From the human T2T-CHM13v2.0 reference genome, Homo sapiens: a stretch of 64,000 bases of DNA. The notes beneath the pieces are model-generated. The model worked only from the letters and a program-made list of their open reading frames with translations. It had not been told where the DNA came from and searched no databases. The stretch is from NCBI RefSeq assembly GCF_009914755.1, contig NC_060935.1. The stretch is one strand, 5' to 3'. Of the stretch, positions 57,066-64,000 are shown in pieces. A program made the translations under genes and the position numbers. How positions within the stretch are numbered: position 1 is the first letter of the stretch; the number at the start of each line of letters is the position of its first letter.

Positions 57066-58333
57066 TCTCTTCATGCTCATGCTCAGTATATATGAGTGGT
57101 GAAATAGTAAAGGTCATCCTATGGTTCCAAGCAGCATTTGGATTTCTCCATTAGATTTCCATTTAAAAACACTATCATGAGGATGTAGTATTTCCAAGCG
57201 AAGAATGGAAGTGAAATGAGATTACAGGTATTCAGGTATCTGAGTGCCTAAAAAGGCGATGAGACAAGTTCCCAGCCCTGACTGCTTCATCTTTCCCAAT
57301 AAAATATTAATAGAACCAACGGCAGTTCCAAGATGGCCAAATAGGAACAGCTCCAGTGTACAGCTCCCAGCATGAGCAACGCAGAAGACGGGTGATTTCT
57401 GCATTTCCAACTGAGGTACCAGGTTCATCTCACTGGGGCTTGTCGGACAGTGGGTGCAGGACACTGGGTGCAGCTCACCGAGCGTGAGCCAAAGCATGGC
57501 AAGGCATCACCTCACCCGAAAAGCGCAAGGGGTCAGGGAATTCCCTTTCCTAGCCAAGGGAAGCTATGACAGACAGCACCTGGAAAATCGGGTCACTCCC
57601 ACCATTTTCCAATGGTCTTAGCAAACGGCACACCAGGAGATTATATTCGGCGCCTGGCTCAGAGGGTCCCACACCCACGGAACCTCACTAATTGCTAGCA
57701 CAGCAGTCTGAGATCAAACTGCAAGATGGCAGTGAGGCTGGGGGAGGGGTGCCTGCCATTGCTGAGCCTTGAGTTGGTAAACAAAGTGGCCAGGAAGCTC
57801 GAACTGGGAGGAGCCCACTGCAGGTCAAGGAGGCCTGCCTGCCTCTGTAGACTCCACCTCTGGAGGCAGGGCAGAGCTGAACAAAAGGCAGCAGAAACCT
57901 CTGCAGACTTAAATGTCCCTGTCCGACAGCTTTGAAGAGAGTAGTGGTTCTCCCAGCATGGAGTTTGAGATCTGACAATGGACAGACTGCCTCCTCAAGT
58001 GGATCCCTGACCCCCGAGTAGCCTAACTGGGAGGCACCCCCAGTAGGGGCAGCCTGACACCTCACATGGCCAGGCACCCCTCTGAGACAAAGCTTCCAGA
58101 GGAACGATCAGGCAGCAACATTTGCTGTTCAGCTATATTTGTTGTTCTGCAGCCTCCACTGCTGATACCCAGGCAAATAGGGTCTGGAGTGGACCTCCAG
58201 CAAACTCCAACAGATCTGCAGCTGAGGGTCCTGACTGTTAGAAGGAAAACTAACAAACAGAAAGGACATCCACACTAAAACCCCATCTGTACCTCACCAT
58301 CATCAAAGACCAAAGGTAGATAAAACCACAAAG

Positions 58334-59349
58334 ATGGGGGAAAAACAGAGCAGAAAAGCTGAAAATTCTAAAAATCAGAGCACCTCTCCTGCTCCAAAGG
58401 AACACAGCTCCTCACCAGCAACAGAACAAAGCTGGACAGAGAATGACTTTGACGAGTTCAGAGAAAAAGGCTTCAGATGATCAAACTTCTCTGAGCTAAA
58501 GGAGGAAATTCGAACCCATCACAAAGAAGCTAAAAACCTTGAAAAAATATTAGACGAATGGCTAACTAGAATAACCAGTGTAGAGAAGTCCTTAAATGAC
58601 CTGAGGGAGCTGAAACCATGGCATGAGAACTACGTGACGAATGCCCAAGCTTAAGTAGCCAATTCGATCAACGGGAATAAAGGGTATCAGTGATGGAAGA
58701 TCAAATGAATGAAATGAAGGGAAAAGAGAAGTTTAGAGAAAAAAGAATAAAAAGAAATGAACAAAGCCACCAAGAAATATGGGACTATGTGAAAAGAGCA
58801 AATCTACGTCTGATTGGTATACCTGAAAGTGATGGGGAGAATGGAACCAAGTTGGAAAACACTCTGCAGGATATCATCCAGGAGAATATCCCCAACCTAG
58901 CAAGGCAGGCCAACATTCAAATTCAGGAAATACAGAGAACACCACAAAGATACTCCTCGAGAAGAGCAACTCCAAGACACATAATTGTCAGATTCACCGA
59001 AGTTAAAATGAAGGAAAAAATGTTAAGGGCAGCCAGAGAGAAAGGTCGGGTTACCCACAAAGGGAAACCCATCAGACTAACAGCGGATCTCTCAGCAGAA
59101 ACTCTACAAGCCAGAATAGAGTGGGGGCCAATATTCAACATTCTTAAAGAAAAGAATTTTCAACCCAGAATTCCATATCCAGCCAAACTAAGCTTCATAA
59201 GTGAAGGAGAAATAAAATCCTTTACAGAGAAGCAAATGCTGAGAGATTTTGTCACCACCAGGCCTGCCCTAAAAGAGCTCCTGAAGGAAGCACTAAACAT
59301 GGAAAGGAACAACTGGTACCAGCCACTGCAAAAACATGCCAAATTGTAA
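58334..59349 (+). pseudogene. L1 ORF1p, disrupted
   Basis: ATGGGGGAAAAACAG start, premature TGA at ~58478 and a 1-nt deletion near 58617. The C-terminal 219 aa (…QEIWDYVKR…YQPLQKHAKL) stay open. Confidence 0.92.
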
Positions 59350-59412
59350 AGATCATCAAGGCTAGGAAGAAACTGCATCAACTAACGAGCAAAATAACCA
59401 GCTAACATCATA

Positions 59413-63236
<3,824 letters not shown>

Positions 63237-64000
63237 ACAATGAGAACACTTGGACACAGGAAGGGGAACATCACACACTGGGGCCTGTTGTGGGGTGGGG
63301 GAGGAGGGAAGGATAGCATTAGGAGATATACCTAATGCTAAATGACGAGTTAATGGGTGCGGCACACCAACATGGCACATGTATACATATGTAACAAACC
63401 TGCACGTTGTGCACATGTACCCTAGAACTTAAAGTATAATAATAAAAAAAAATAAAAGAGTCCATAAGAAGTTCTTTCACAAAATGTTTCCTTAAAGGGA
63501 AAAGGATGGTGGAGTTTGAAATAGTTAAGCATAGCACTATCATTTTTGCTTTTTATGTCACTTCCTTCCCCATGTCCTGCTTAATCCTTTCTCCCCAAAT
63601 GCAAACTTAAATGAACACCGAAATTTCCTTTTTATTGTACTTCTCACATTTCTTATCTCTTCCCATCCACATGGAATAAAAATAACTTTGTTTACTTCAG
63701 CACCCTGAAGAGCACAGCCAGTTTACTACTCTGATGTTCCAGGTCAGATTTAAATCTTCTAGTTACTCTCCTCTTCCTAAATTCTGTTATTCAGTGTGAA
63801 ATTTAAAACTTACTAATGACTGTACACCAGAAATACAGCCTGGCATGAAGATGTGAATTACCATGAACCTCTTGGTCTTTCACACACCTTTCAAAGGAGA
63901 TTAACCATTGCTTCATAACTACTTTGTCAAAGCATCTTTTTATACATACACCAAATGCTAGTTAACAAACTATAAAAAACAAGCGATCTGTAATAATTTT

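Overview
Primate (very probably human) AT-rich genomic DNA lying entirely inside the SOX6 gene, which is transcribed on the minus strand. Three coding exons have canonical AG/GT boundaries: 27869-27749 ([41 protein letters not shown]), 13634-13555 ([27 protein letters not shown]) and 12064-11942 ([41 protein letters not shown], frame-symmetric). They splice in frame. The rest is intron filled with transposon fossils: a full-length but inactivated L1PA4-like LINE (57321-63458), older L1PB/L1MB/L1M copies, seven Alus plus a FRAM monomer, an internally deleted Tigger1, MER20, MER1B, an inverted MER5A pair, a THE1 solo LTR, MIR/L2/L3 fragments and several microsatellites. I found no evidence of a wholly new biological system. 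The best leads are: (i) a perfect (GGAA)17 microsatellite in a known EWSR1-FLI1 target gene; (ii) an L1 antisense promoter pointing in the SOX6 sense direction upstream of the 121-nt exon; (iii) splicing features (NAGNAG acceptors, a U-tract-flanked symmetric exon, RBFOX motifs); (iv) an inverted MER5A pair with a near-perfect palindrome between the copies; (v) a perfect 53-bp tandem duplication. Repeat subfamily calls and most repeat boundaries are by eye from remembered consensus sequences and are approximate.
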